Of a stretch of 64,000 nucleotides of DNA, positions 10,679 through 21,348 are shown piece after piece; position 1 is the first letter of the stretch; each line of letters opens with the position of its first letter. Both the position numbers and the translations under genes were made by a program. Source of the stretch: an uncultured Acidobacteriota bacterium (lineage in GTDB: Bacteria > Acidobacteriota > Terriglobia > UBA7540); the NCBI GenBank assembly GCA_963804995.1, contig CAWDSK010000006.1, positions 640,001 through 704,000 on the forward strand. Direction: 5' to 3'. The notes under the pieces were generated by a model that saw only the letters and a program-made list of their open reading frames with translations, was not told where the DNA came from and did no database searches.

Positions 10679-11383
10679 ATGCCAATTTCAAAACGCGCGA
10701 CAGCGGAATTCGTCGGAACATTCTGGTTGGTTTTCGGGGGATGCGGGAGCGCCGTGCTTGCCGCGGGATTTCCCAGCTTGGGCATTGGATTTCTGGGCGT
10801 CGCCTTGGCCTTTGGCCTGACGGTGCTGACCATGGCGTTCGCCATCGGCCACATTTCCGGATGCCATCTTAACCCCGCGGTTTCCGTCGGCTTGTGGGCG
10901 GGGAAGAGATTCCCCGGTTCAGACTTGATCCCTTACATCCTTGCGCAGGTCGCAGGGGGAATTGTAGCCGCCGGCGTCTTGTACGTCATCGCCAGCGGCA
11001 AAGAAGGATTCAGCCTGGCGGGTGGCTTCGCTTCGAACGGCTACGCTGAGCATTCGCCTGGCGGATACTCGCTGACGGCCTGCCTGGTGGCGGAAGTTGT
11101 GTTGACCTTCATGTTCCTGGTGATCATCCTCGGCGCCACGGACCGCCGCGCGCCGCAAGGCTTCGCACCCATCCCCATTGGCCTTGGACTGACACTGATT
11201 CACCTCATCGGAATTCCGGTCACGAATCTTTCCGTAAACCCGGCGCGTAGCACCGGCCCGGCTATGTTCGTCGGGGGTTGGGCAATCTCGCAACTGTGGC
11301 TGTTCTGGGTGGCGCCGATATTGGGCGCGGCGTTGGCGGGCGCCTTTTATCGATTTCTCGCCGGCGATGGCAAGGCTGCTTAA
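10679..11383 (+). CDS. aqpZ: Aquaporin Z
   Basis: [11 protein letters not shown] and [10 protein letters not shown] (two NPA motifs). Confidence 0.97.
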   Translation: MPISKRATAEFVGTFWLVFGGCGSAVLAAGFPSLGIGFLGVALAFGLTVLTMAFAIGHISGCHLNPAVSVGLWAGKRFPGSDLIPYILAQVAGGIVAAGVLYVIASGKEGFSLAGGFASNGYAEHSPGGYSLTACLVAEVVLTFMFLVIILGATDRRAPQGFAPIPIGLGLTLIHLIGIPVTNLSVNPARSTGPAMFVGGWAISQLWLFWVAPILGAALAGAFYRFLAGDGKAA

Positions 11384-11509
11384 CCCACGCACAGTTCGAT
11401 TGTATGAGTACGAAATGCCGCACCCTCTTGGTTTGGTCGCGCGGTAAAAATGAAGAAGGGATGGCAGGCCATACCCCAACAACCTAGGGACCTATGCTAG
11501 TATTTTTGG

Positions 11510-11668
11510 GTGGTGCGTGGAGGGCGGTTTCTTGATATTTCCCGGGGCGTAAGCAATCCGTCGGGGTGAGGGCTGGGCGGCGCCCGGCGAGTGGCAAGAG
11601 TCGCGCGCGCTCCACGCTCTCCGAATCCCCCCGCAATGCCCGCAGGGGCGGCAGTCTGAATTCGGAGC
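11510..11668 (+). ncRNA. Candidate structured leader RNA of unknown family
   Basis: Long irregular stem 11515-11617 with several G.U pairs on +, second hairpin 11619-11667, extended -10-like TGcTAGTAT at 11495-11503. Confidence 0.35.
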
Positions 11669-11696
11669 TTTAAACATCCAGGAGCGAGGTTTCCGT

Positions 11697-12035
11697 ATGG
11701 CGAATGATGGGCCCAACAAGAAGAAGAATCCTCCGGCATCGATGAGCATGATTGAGCCGCGGATTCGCAACATCTACCGGTCTTTCTACAAGGAAGGATA
11801 CTTCACCCCCTCCGCATTGGATTTGAAAACCAAGGAACTGATCGCCATCGGCTGTTCTCTGGTGGCGAAGTGTGAGGGCTGTTTGGAAGGACACATCAAG
11901 AAGGCGTTGGAGTTGGGCGCAACCAAGCAGGAAATCAGCGATGCGATTGTGGTGGCCATTGGCATTGGCGCCGCCAGCATCATGGACCAGGCCGACAAGG
12001 CGGCCATCAAGCTGGACCTGCATCACTTTGAGTAA
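11697..12035 (+). CDS. Carboxymuconolactone decarboxylase / AhpD family protein
   Basis: LDLKTKELIAIG..KCEGCLEGH..ALELGAT..EI with CxxC motif. Confidence 0.9.
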   Translation: MANDGPNKKKNPPASMSMIEPRIRNIYRSFYKEGYFTPSALDLKTKELIAIGCSLVAKCEGCLEGHIKKALELGATKQEISDAIVVAIGIGAASIMDQADKAAIKLDLHHFE

Positions 12036-12189
12036 GGGGCGGGCGGACCCATCAAACTAAGCGGGGCAAAGTGCCAGGATAAGACGAAAGTCGAAATTCG
12101 AAACTTGAAACTCGCGAGCTATCCATCAATTTTCGAGTTTCGAATTTCGAGCTTTGCCTCTGGCACCTGACACCTGTCACTTGACACCT

Positions 12190-13386
12190 ATGGACTCCCT
12201 GGTGATCGGCAACCTCTTTCTCCTGCTCTTCCTGGGCTTGGCCGACAACCAGATGATCGCCGCACTCTTGCCCTCGCTCGTGAGTTCCTTTGACATCAGC
12301 GTCGCAACGGCGGGTTTACTGGTGGTGGTTTACTCGGTTGCGGCGGCGCTGTCGGCGTTCTTCTCCGGGACGCTTTCCGATCACTACGGGCGCCGGCGAT
12401 TTCTGCTGGCAGGGGTGGTGCTTTTTGCCGTGGCTTCCTGGGCGGCGGCGGAGAGCCGAACCTTTCGGGAGTTCATGTTGGCGCGTGCGGTAACGGGATT
12501 GGCGGCCGGCACACTTTCCACCTGTTCCATCACTTATGCCGCGGATTGGTTTGCCTACAACGTGCGGGGCAGGGCGATTGGGCTGATCTCTTCCGCTTAC
12601 TTTGCCGCGCCCATTCTGGGTGTGCCGATCGCCGCCCAGATTGCCGACCACTTCGGCTGGCGGCGGGCGTTCCTCTTCTTCGGGGCTTTGGCGGCAATCG
12701 CGATGTTCGTTTCCATCAGCCTGCCCAAGGAGCGCCTGAGCCCACTCCCCTCGACCGAGAAGTTGCGGAGCACGGTCGAAGCCTTCCGTTCCTTTCTTTC
12801 GCGACGGGACACCGCGGCGGCGCTGGTTATCGCCTTTTTGGTTTCAGGTGGTCTGGTGGGATTCCTGACCTACATCGGGCAATGGCTGAATATCCGCTTC
12901 GGTCTTCCCACCCGCACGATCGGCTGGGTCTTCATGCTGGGTGGCATCGTTGCGGTCGGGACAGCTCCCCTGGGAGGAATTGTTTCTGACCGCTGGGGAA
13001 AGCGCAACATTTCGATCGCCAGCAATGTCCTGCTCGCAGTCGCAGTGGCTTTCGTTCCGTTTTTTCCGTGGGGATTGGGTTTGCTTGCCGTCTTCGCTTT
13101 CGCGAGTTTGGGTGCAGCGTTCCGGCAGGGGCCCTTGACCGCGCTGATGACCGAACTCGTGCCCGCCGCGCAGCGCGGTTCCTTCATCGCCTCGCGAAAC
13201 ATCTCCTCGCAGCTTGGCATTGGAGTTGCGGCTTACGTAGGTGGGCTTCTGTTCCAACATTACGGCTACGTGGCGGTCACATCGCTTTGTGCGGTGATGA
13301 CCGCCATAGTGGCGATTTTGCTCGGAACCCATATTGTCGAGCCGGAGGGATCGGGCCATCGTGCCGTTGGGGCCTCGGAACATTGA
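12190..13386 (+). CDS. MFS transporter
   Basis: GTLSDHYGRRR and GIVSDRWGKR motif A repeats; about 12 TM segments. Confidence 0.92.
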   Translation: MDSLVIGNLFLLLFLGLADNQMIAALLPSLVSSFDISVATAGLLVVVYSVAAALSAFFSGTLSDHYGRRRFLLAGVVLFAVASWAAAESRTFREFMLARAVTGLAAGTLSTCSITYAADWFAYNVRGRAIGLISSAYFAAPILGVPIAAQIADHFGWRRAFLFFGALAAIAMFVSISLPKERLSPLPSTEKLRSTVEAFRSFLSRRDTAAALVIAFLVSGGLVGFLTYIGQWLNIRFGLPTRTIGWVFMLGGIVAVGTAPLGGIVSDRWGKRNISIASNVLLAVAVAFVPFFPWGLGLLAVFAFASLGAAFRQGPLTALMTELVPAAQRGSFIASRNISSQLGIGVAAYVGGLLFQHYGYVAVTSLCAVMTAIVAILLGTHIVEPEGSGHRAVGASEH

Positions 13387-13429
13387 CTCAGGGGCCCGCT
13401 CACCCTAGGGGCAGGTTTGAAGGAGAAGC

Positions 13430-14371
13430 GTGGAGGGAAAAGTGCCGTCGCGGGCGCGAATTCTGAAGGGTGTTCGAAATGTGTTCTTGATGGTGGCCGT
13501 GCTGGTCGCCGCGTTTTTTCTCGTCGTTGTCCCCTGGTTCTTCACCTCGATCATCACCTACCGCCAATATCACTATCCCGATCCGAACGATGGGAAGACC
13601 CCGAAATCCTACAACCTCGATTTCCAGTGGGTGGAGTTCCAATCCTCGGACGCAATTCCCCTCAAGGGTTGGTACATTCCCGCCGAGGGCGCGGCGCGCG
13701 GCACGATCGTCTATTGCCACGGACTGAATCGGACGCGCATCGAGATGCTGCCTGACGCCGTCTTCGGGCACAGCCTGGGTTACAACGGCCTGCTCTTCGA
13801 TCTTCGCCACCAGGGCATGAGTGGCGGCCCCATCACCACGCTGGGTTACCAGGAACGTCTGGATGTTGAGGGCGCAGTGCGTTTTGCGCTCGAGCAGGAG
13901 AAGGCGGCGCGGCCGATCGTCGCGTGGGGAGTCTCGATGGGAGCCTCGGCGGCGTTGCTATGCGCGGCTGAGTCGCCGAACGTCGCCGGGGTGATTTCCG
14001 ACAGCTCTTTTGACTCTATGATGGGTACGCTGCAGCATCACTTGAAATTGTTCCTGCATCTCCCGGGCTTTCCGATTGCCGACGAAGTTGGTTATTGGGT
14101 CGCCTCGCGTGGCCACTTCCGGCCCGGGGATTTCGACCTCGTGAAGGCGGTGGAACAAATCGGTGATCGGCCGATTCTGTTCGTCGCGGTCGAGGGTGAC
14201 CGCCGCATGCCTCCCTCGATCGCTCAGACTCTCTACGCGCATGCCCGGAGCCCGCAAAAGAAAATCATCATCCTGCCCGGACGCCGCCACGGTGAGGGGT
14301 TTAACCAAGCCCGCGAGCCCTACGAGAAAGCCGTGACGGATTTCCTGGCCAGCCTCCCCGCCGGGAAGTAA
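13430..14371 (+). CDS. Membrane-anchored alpha/beta hydrolase
   Basis: N-terminal TM, CHG, DLRHQG, GVSMG nucleophile elbow, terminal His. Confidence 0.9.
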   Translation: MEGKVPSRARILKGVRNVFLMVAVLVAAFFLVVVPWFFTSIITYRQYHYPDPNDGKTPKSYNLDFQWVEFQSSDAIPLKGWYIPAEGAARGTIVYCHGLNRTRIEMLPDAVFGHSLGYNGLLFDLRHQGMSGGPITTLGYQERLDVEGAVRFALEQEKAARPIVAWGVSMGASAALLCAAESPNVAGVISDSSFDSMMGTLQHHLKLFLHLPGFPIADEVGYWVASRGHFRPGDFDLVKAVEQIGDRPILFVAVEGDRRMPPSIAQTLYAHARSPQKKIIILPGRRHGEGFNQAREPYEKAVTDFLASLPAGK

Positions 14372-14502
14372 GCGGGTGGCGCTCCGAGCCCCGATAGCGC
14401 GTTCTTTCCAAATTGATCATCGGGTCCAAGCGCCGGAGCGGGGCTGACAAGGGGATAGCCGATTGCTCGTCACTTGTCACCCGCCGCATGTCACTGTCTA
14501 CT

Positions 14503-15357
14503 TCAGTTCATCATCGCCCGGATACGATGGATCAAGGACTTCACGTCTTGGATCTGGGGGTCATCCGGCGGGGAGAGGCTCAGGTAGGTGCGGAAGTCGG
14601 TCAAGGCATCAGGGTAGCGCCGCAGAAGATAGTAGATCATGCCGCGATCGTGAATCTCCTGGCGCGAAGCGGGGTCGAGGGCCAACCCCAGGTCGATCAT
14701 CATCAGAACTTTGGGAAAATCCTTGCGGCGAAAATACGATCCTTTCAAATTGTTCAGCATGCGGCCCAGGATCTGTTTAGAGGTCGAAGCGGCCAGGTAT
14801 TCCGCCCGCAACTCAGCCTCTTCCCCGAAATGTTCTTTCAGCCTGTCCACGCAATCCTGGCGGCTCATAATGGCGCCGCGATGGTAAGGGTCAATCAGGA
14901 TATCGCCCGAACTGGTAAGGTACTTGACAAGAAAGTGGCCGGGAAATCCCACGCCCACGACGGGCAGGCCACGCCGGCGCGCCACTTCCTGGTAAACCAG
15001 CGAGAGCGTAATGGGAATACCCTTCTTGCGGTCCAGCACGTCATTCAAGTAGCTGTTGCGCGGGTCGTCGTATTCTTCTTCATTTCCGGAAAAGTTCTCT
15101 TCCTCGAAGAGGCGGCGGTTCAAGCCGTCGATATTCTTTTGGGGGGAGCGGTGGGGATCACACTCGGCGCGGGCCGCCAGCGCGTCCAAGCGAGCCAGTT
15201 GTGCCCCCACGTCGAGATCCCGATACTCCGTGCGAGCCAGAAGCAGGGCGGCCCGGTCGAGGCAAATCTCACCCTCGGGAAGCTTCAGGTAGTATGCGAG
15301 TTCATGAACTGTGTCCGGTAGATCCATGTTGGGAATTTGCTGCTCGCCCGCGGCCAT
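14503..15357 (-). CDS. SirB1/transglutaminase-like + TPR protein
   Basis: YDDPRNSYLNDVLDRKKGIPITLS, FPGHFLV, DPY; TGATG overlap with the upstream gene. Confidence 0.9.
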   Translation of the reverse strand: MAAGEQQIPNMDLPDTVHELAYYLKLPEGEICLDRAALLLARTEYRDLDVGAQLARLDALAARAECDPHRSPQKNIDGLNRRLFEEENFSGNEEEYDDPRNSYLNDVLDRKKGIPITLSLVYQEVARRRGLPVVGVGFPGHFLVKYLTSSGDILIDPYHRGAIMSRQDCVDRLKEHFGEEAELRAEYLAASTSKQILGRMLNNLKGSYFRRKDFPKVLMMIDLGLALDPASRQEIHDRGMIYYLLRRYPDALTDFRTYLSLSPPDDPQIQDVKSLIHRIRAMMN

Positions 15358-16268
15358 CAGCCCCGGAACAGATTGCGCATCAGGAAGAGCAGATTGGCTG
15401 GCCGTTCCGCCAGCCGGCGCATAAAGTAAGGATACCACTCCCGCCCATAAGGAACGTAAATACGCACCCGCCAGCCCTGTTTCAGGAGTTCGCGCTGCAA
15501 CTGCCGTCGAATGCCGTAGAGCATTTGGAATTCGAATTTGTCCGGGGAAATTCCCTGGGTGCGCGCGAACTGCTTGGTGGCCATGATAATCCGCTCGTCA
15601 TGCGTAGCAATAGCATGATAGAAACCGCTGGTTAAGAGCTTCTCCGTCAGCTTCTCGAAGCTCTCGTCCACGTCCCGCTTGTGGGAGAAGGCAATATCGG
15701 GCGGCTCCTTGTAAGCGCCCTTCACCAGGCGAATACGCACGCCGTATTTCAGAAGTTCTTCCACATCCGCCGCAGTACGAAAGAGGTACGCCTGAAGGGC
15801 AATCCCCACCACATCGGGGGGCGCGTTGATGGCTCGAAACACCCGCAAGGTGGCCTCGGTAAAAGCCGAGCCTTCCATATCGACGCGCACAAAGTTCCGG
15901 TGCTGCGCCGCGCGCTCAGCAAGTAACCGCAGGCTACTTCGCGCCAACCCTTCGTCATTGGCCAGGCCCAGTTGGGTGAGCTTTATGGAGACGTGCGAGT
16001 CAAGCTTCTCCGCCGCCAGGCAGTCAAGCAAACGCAGGTAGATTTGGCAGGCGGCTTCGGCGGTCGCTGCTTCATGCACGCTCTCACCCAGGTGATCGAG
16101 CGTCACCGTGAAGCCCTCGGCGTGGAGTCGCCGAATGGCGCGCAGGGCGTCCTCGACCTCTTCTCCGGCAATGAATCGCGCCGCCAGACGCCGCCCCACA
16201 GCGTGTCGCGTGAGGAAGTTTTTAAGGCTTTCGCGCTCGGAGAGGAAGAGAAGGAAGGAACGGAGCAT
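15357..16268 (-). CDS. Monofunctional proline dehydrogenase
   Basis: SIKLTQLG, VRVDME, RLVKGAY, IATHD, EFQMLYG, YFMRRLAERPAN. Confidence 0.95.
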   Translation of the reverse strand: MLRSFLLFLSERESLKNFLTRHAVGRRLAARFIAGEEVEDALRAIRRLHAEGFTVTLDHLGESVHEAATAEAACQIYLRLLDCLAAEKLDSHVSIKLTQLGLANDEGLARSSLRLLAERAAQHRNFVRVDMEGSAFTEATLRVFRAINAPPDVVGIALQAYLFRTAADVEELLKYGVRIRLVKGAYKEPPDIAFSHKRDVDESFEKLTEKLLTSGFYHAIATHDERIIMATKQFARTQGISPDKFEFQMLYGIRRQLQRELLKQGWRVRIYVPYGREWYPYFMRRLAERPANLLFLMRNLFRG

Positions 16269-16274
16269 AGCCGC

Positions 16275-17195
16275 TCAGTGCTCAGCTTCCAGAAATCTTT
16301 CCGCGTCCATCGCCGCCATGCAGCCTGAGCCGGAGGCCGTGATGGCCTGCCGGTAAACCCGGTCCTTGACGTCACCGGCCGCGAACACGCCGGGGATATT
16401 GGTTTTCGATCCTTCGCGAGTGATGAGGTAACCGAGGTCGTCCATATCGAGCTGTCCGCGGAACAAGCTGGTGTTGGGCTCGTGGCCGATTCCAATGAAT
16501 ACGCCATCCACGGATTTGAGGGTTTCCTCGTGGGTCTTGACGTTCTTGAGCTTGATTCCGGTCACTTCGCGCTTCTGCGCGTCCAGAATCTCTTCCACCC
16601 CGGAGTTCCAGATGAATTTGACCTTCTCATTCCGGAACAGGCGGTCTTGCATGATCTTGGAGGCACGCAACTGCTCACGGCGGTGGACGATGTTCACGGT
16701 GGTGGCATATCGCGTCAGGAACAACGCATCTTCAGCCGCTGTGTCGCCACCCCCCACCACCGCGACTTCCTTCCCTCGGAAAAAATAGCCATCACAAGTA
16801 GCACACGTGGAAACCCCGTGCCCCAGCAGCTTGCGTTCGGATTCAAGCCCCAAGAGCTTTGCCGAAGCCCCGGAAGCAATGATGAGGGTGCGCGTCTCGA
16901 TTTTCTCCTCGCCGGCCTCGAGCACGAAGGGCCGGCGGGAAAAATCCACGCGCCCCACGTTGCCTTCCTTGAATTCCGTCCCGAACTCTGTGGCCTGTTT
17001 CTGCATCAGCTCGATGAGCTCGGGCCCCTGGATGCCTTTGGGGAATCCCGGAAAGTTTTCGACCAGGGTGGTCAAGGTCAACTGTCCGCCCGCTTCCATG
17101 CCGCGGATAACCAGCGGCTGCAAATTGGCGCGCGCCGCGTAGATTGCCGCGGTCAAACCCGCGCACCCCGAACCAATAATCACTACGTTCCGCAT
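16275..17195 (-). CDS. trxB: Thioredoxin-disulfide reductase
   Basis: IIGSGxAG, CATCDG, GGGDTA, RQAITA. Confidence 0.96.
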   Translation of the reverse strand: MRNVVIIGSGCAGLTAAIYAARANLQPLVIRGMEAGGQLTLTTLVENFPGFPKGIQGPELIELMQKQATEFGTEFKEGNVGRVDFSRRPFVLEAGEEKIETRTLIIASGASAKLLGLESERKLLGHGVSTCATCDGYFFRGKEVAVVGGGDTAAEDALFLTRYATTVNIVHRREQLRASKIMQDRLFRNEKVKFIWNSGVEEILDAQKREVTGIKLKNVKTHEETLKSVDGVFIGIGHEPNTSLFRGQLDMDDLGYLITREGSKTNIPGVFAAGDVKDRVYRQAITASGSGCMAAMDAERFLEAEH

Positions 17196-17340
17196 GTGAA
17201 GAAGGTCTCCGGTCGCTATTAGAAATGGACCAAATATTTTACTCGATGCCCTCCGTCTCGTACAGCCACTTCTTCCCGGTCGAGTTGCCCCTTCCCCGCC
17301 CCCGCCAGCGAATTGCGGGTAGAGGGTCAATTTGGATTGT

Positions 17341-17408
17341 TGTAGCGGCGGTCTCCGACCGCCGAAGCCTATTAAATCCAAAGCCGGCGGTCAGAGACCT
17401 CCGCTACA
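17341..17408. repeat. GTAG-type REP doublet
   Basis: TGTAGCGGCGGTCTCCGACCGCCG ... GCCGGCGGTCAGAGACCTCCGCTACA inverted pair; related copy at 63430. Confidence 0.7.
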
Positions 17409-17517
17409 GCAAATCGACCCACCCCCGAATTGCGTGCTCCCTTCATTTGATGCTACAACTAGGACTTTGCATCCAGCCATCCCGGGGAACCGATTCGCGC
17501 CGCCGAATAAGTCTGCC

Positions 17518-18424
17518 ATGGAAGCGATTGTACTCGAACACGTCAGTAAGCGCTTTGACTCCGTCGTGGCCGTAGACGACCTGAGCCTGCGTGTTCGAGC
17601 CGGGCTCGGTTTTCGGGCTACTGGGCCCCAATGGCGCCGGCAAAACCACTTCTTTACGAATGATCATGAACATCCTGGCGCCCGACGAGGGATCCATCCA
17701 GGTGCTCGGGCAACCGCCCAGCGAACGCGTGCAGGACCTGATCGGATATCTCCCCGAAGAGCGCGGCTTGTACCCGCGCATGAAAGTGCGCGAAGTTCTG
17801 GTCTTTCTTGCCGCGCTCAAGGGGTTGAGTGAAGCCGAAGCCGCCAAGCGGGTTCACACCTGGCTCGAACGACTGGAGCTCACCGCCTGGGCGGAAAAGA
17901 AGATCATCGATCTTTCCAAAGGGATGCAGCAGAAAGTGCAGTTCATCGCGGCGGTCATCCACGAACCTCGGCTGCTGATCCTCGACGAACCCTTCACGGG
18001 CCTTGACCCGGTCAACGCCACCCTGATCAAAGACATCATGTTGGAACGGCGCGAACAGGGCTGTACCCTCATCCTTTCCACCCACCGCATGGAACAAGTG
18101 GAGATGATGTGCGATGCGATCTGCCTGATCCATCACGGGCGCAGCGTGCTGGCCGGGAACTTGCGCGCCATCAAGCAGTCCTACGGCAAGAATACGTTGC
18201 GTATGGAGTATTCAGGAGATGGCAATTTCCTCGACCTGCCGGACCTGGTGGAAAGGCTTAACCACTTCGGCGCCGTGGTGGAGGTCACGCTACGGCCCGG
18301 CGCTGACCCTCAGGAAATCCTGAAGGCCGCGCTTGCCCGCGGTGTGCGCCTATCGCGCTTCGAGTTGGTTGAGCCGCCCCTGCACGATATCTTCATTGAG
18401 AAGGTTTCGGAGGAGCATGCGTAA
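17518..18424 (+). CDS. ABC transporter ATP-binding protein; apparent extra base near 17594
   Basis: MEAIVLEHVSKRF...LSLRV joins EPGSVFGLLGPNGAGKTT; LSKGM signature, ILDEPFTGLD. Confidence 0.93.
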
Positions 18425-19694
18425 AATCTGGTTGGTCTTCAAGCGCGAATACCTGACGCGCCTCCGGACCAAGGGATTCATCATCAGTACAGTCGGACTG
18501 CCGCTCTTTAGCGTCGGCGTCTTCGCCATCTCCCTGGGCCTTGCGACGCTCAGAACAGATCACCCTTTGAAGATTGCCATTCTGGATAATCTCGGAGGCC
18601 TTACCCCACAAATCACTGCAGCTCTGAAAGAGAAACTGCCGGATGGGCAGCCCCTCTACCAGATCGTGGGCACCTGGGACCGCCCCGCTGCCGGGCAGAG
18701 GGTTCAACTGGATTTAAGCGAGCAGGTTCGCGAGGGCCACCTGGACGGCTTTCTACTGGTTCCCCCCGATGTTTTGCAGGAGAAGAAGGGTGCGACCTAC
18801 CATTCCCGGAACCCGGGTGATTACCAAACCAGCCGAGCTCTCAGCCGCGCTTTTAACAGGGCAATTGTCGCGCGCCGTCTCAGCGATCGGGGGATTCACG
18901 TCGACAACCTCAGCGAAGTCATGCGCAGCGTAGAGCTCTCGGTCGTTAGAGTCACAAAGACGGGGGAATCCGAGGAAAGCGACGAGGGATTGTTAGTCCA
19001 AATTTCCGTCGTCATGGTGCTTTACATCACCCTCATGGTGTACGGCGTCATGACGATGCGCTCCGTGCTGGAAGAAAAAACCACCCGCATCGTCGAGATA
19101 CTGGCCTCTTCAGTAAAGGCCACTCATCTCTTAACCGGAAAAATCCTGGGCGTGGCCGCGGTGGGACTCACCCAGTACCTGATCTGGACGCTGACCGCAG
19201 CCTTTGTTTCCACCTATGGGAGGACAGTGAGCTCTGTGCTCGCGCCGGGCGCGTCGCCGCCGGCCTTCCATCTGCCGCTGCCGTTGCTGATCTATCCGCT
19301 CATCTTCTTTCTGGCCGGATACTTCCTTTACGCATCGTTCTACGCCGCCTTGGGCGCCATGGTTTCGAGCGACGAGGATTTGCAGCAGGTGCAACTTCCC
19401 TTCACCCTGATGCTCGTCGTCTCGTTCATTCTCTATCCCATCATCTTGCGGGATCCCAACTCGCCCCTGTCTGTAGCCCTCACCCTGATCCCTTTTTTCG
19501 CACCCATCTTGATGGTCTTTCGTATTACCGTGCAGACCCCACCCCTGTGGCAAATCGTCCTTTCGCTGGCCATCTGCGTGGCAACCACCGTGGCGGTCAT
19601 TCGCCTGTCCGCAAGAATCTATCGCGTGGGCATCCTGATGTACGGGAAGCGGCCCTCGGTGGTGGAATTGCTGCGCTGGCTGCGCTACACGTAG
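18417..19694 (+). CDS. ABC-2 (NatB/YhaP-like) permease
   Basis: MRKIWLVFKREY, VLEEKTTRIVEIL, GKILG, RIYRVGILMYGK. Confidence 0.92.
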   Translation: MRKIWLVFKREYLTRLRTKGFIISTVGLPLFSVGVFAISLGLATLRTDHPLKIAILDNLGGLTPQITAALKEKLPDGQPLYQIVGTWDRPAAGQRVQLDLSEQVREGHLDGFLLVPPDVLQEKKGATYHSRNPGDYQTSRALSRAFNRAIVARRLSDRGIHVDNLSEVMRSVELSVVRVTKTGESEESDEGLLVQISVVMVLYITLMVYGVMTMRSVLEEKTTRIVEILASSVKATHLLTGKILGVAAVGLTQYLIWTLTAAFVSTYGRTVSSVLAPGASPPAFHLPLPLLIYPLIFFLAGYFLYASFYAALGAMVSSDEDLQQVQLPFTLMLVVSFILYPIILRDPNSPLSVALTLIPFFAPILMVFRITVQTPPLWQIVLSLAICVATTVAVIRLSARIYRVGILMYGKRPSVVELLRWLRYT

Positions 19695-19745
19695 CGGCGA
19701 CCTTGCGCGACTTTGTCCAAATTACGCTTATATGGGCGCGGCTAA

Positions 19746-19798
19746 CTCCCCTCCTCAGATGAGGAGGGGTGGCGCACCCAGCGCCGGTGTGGTGCTGA
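19746..19798. repeat. Palindromic repeat CTCCCCTCCTCAGATGAGGAGGGG...GTGGTGCTGA
   Basis: Identical 24-mer core at 19746, 38976 and 63555; degenerate copies near 5525, 39104-39180 and 63498-63548. Confidence 0.85.
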
Positions 19799-19952
19799 CA
19801 TAATCACCCCGTGTACGTGGTGTGTCTGTGGTATTGCTGTGGGGGAGGTTGGGGTGTATGGTTGTCTCGGCCGGGGCGCCCAAAATAGTAATCCTGGTCA
19901 GAAAGACATGTGTCACAAGAGAACATTTTCCAGATACCACGGACGGGAAACC

Positions 19953-21284
19953 ATGACAGCACCAAACCAGGGAATCGGCAGGCGGCAATTCCTCAGCGCA
20001 ACTGGCGCTGCGGGACTCCTGATCATCAAACCGCAACTCGTGCGCGGCACCGCAGCCAATTCGGCAATTCGACTCGGTTTAATCGGTTGCGGAAATCGCG
20101 GGACATACGTAGCCACCTCCTTTGCAGACCACACCAACGCGCGCGTGGTCGCACTCGCGGACTTGTTTCAGGATCAATTGGAAAAAGGCAAACAACACTT
20201 TGATAGTCTGGCGGCGAAAAGGGGTTATGCCGGGATTGATTCCAAGCTGATGTTTCGCGGGCCGAAAGCTTATCAAGCCTTGGTGAGCTGCCCGGAGGTC
20301 GACCTGATTCAGATCTCCACACCTGACATCTTTCACCCGCAGCACCTGGAAGCCGCTGTGCACACCGGCAAGCACATCTATTGCGAGAAGCCCGTGGCGG
20401 TGGATGTAAGCGGCTGCAAGCGCGTGATGCAGATCGGGGAGCAAGTTCGGGAGCGCTTCAGTCTCGACATCGGTTTCCAGCTTCGCAGCGTGCCCCCTAT
20501 ATGGAACTCGTCCGCCGCATTCACGCCGGGGGCTTGGGCAAAATCGCCTGCGGCGCGGCGGCTTTCCATTCCACCGGCGTCTTCTACCCGCCGCACCCCA
20601 ACGCCTCACCTCTGGAGTTGCGCATTCGAAACTTTTTTTGGGACCGCGTCATCGGCGGCGACATCATTGTCGACCAGAACATCCACCTGCTGGACCTGTG
20701 CAACTGGATGCTGGAGGCGCACCCGCTCAAAGCCATCGGCACGGGCGGCAGAAAGATTCGGGAAGATTTCGGAGACTGCTGGGACCACTTCGACGTCACC
20801 TACACTTACCCCAAAGACGTGCACGTTAACCTCAATTCCTTCCAGGGCGCCAAAGCTCTGTTCGATGCCTCGATCCGCATGTTCGGCTCGAAAGGCGTCG
20901 CCGAGCTGCATTACGAGGGCATCGTGGGCCTGTACGGCGAAGAACCCTGGGAGTGGGAAGGCAGCGTCGGGCCCGCTTCACCCCGACCTGGGCACGCGAA
21001 TATCTACGAGCAGGGTACTGAAGCCGCTGCGGAACGAGTCTCGGGAGTCTTCCATAGCGCCCTCGAACACGCCGACTCCGAAAAGGAAAATGCCTTTATC
21101 GACAGCATCACCAGTGGAAAGTTTCACAATCAGGCGGCCACGGGCGCGGAGTCAGCTCTGACCGCCATCCTGGGACGCACCGCGGCTTACACCGGTCGGG
21201 AAACGACTTGGGATGAGATGATGGCGTCCAGCCAAACATATGATCTGGAACTGCGAGGGAATCGACCTGCGTGAGTTTGAGTGA
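19953..21284 (+). CDS. Tat-exported Gfo/Idh/MocA oxidoreductase; apparent indels near 20495 and 21259
   Basis: GRRQFL Tat motif, LIGCGNRG, HIYCEKP; continues in the 20381 frame (VDQNIHLLD); probable tail GIDLREFE*. Confidence 0.88.
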
Positions 21285-21319
21285 TGAGGCGTGAATTGAC
21301 GCCCCCATTTCGTCTCTTA

Positions 21320-21348
21320 TTGACAGTCCCCTGTTCGCTACTTAACAT
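21320..21348 (+). promoter_or_regulatory. Sigma70-like promoter of the kinase gene
   Basis: TTGACA-17 nt-TAACAT ending 12 nt before ATG 21361. Confidence 0.55.

Noticed and set aside
11697..12035. Selenoprotein form of the CMD protein
   Set aside because: Both CxxC residues are TGT codons and there is no in-frame TGA.
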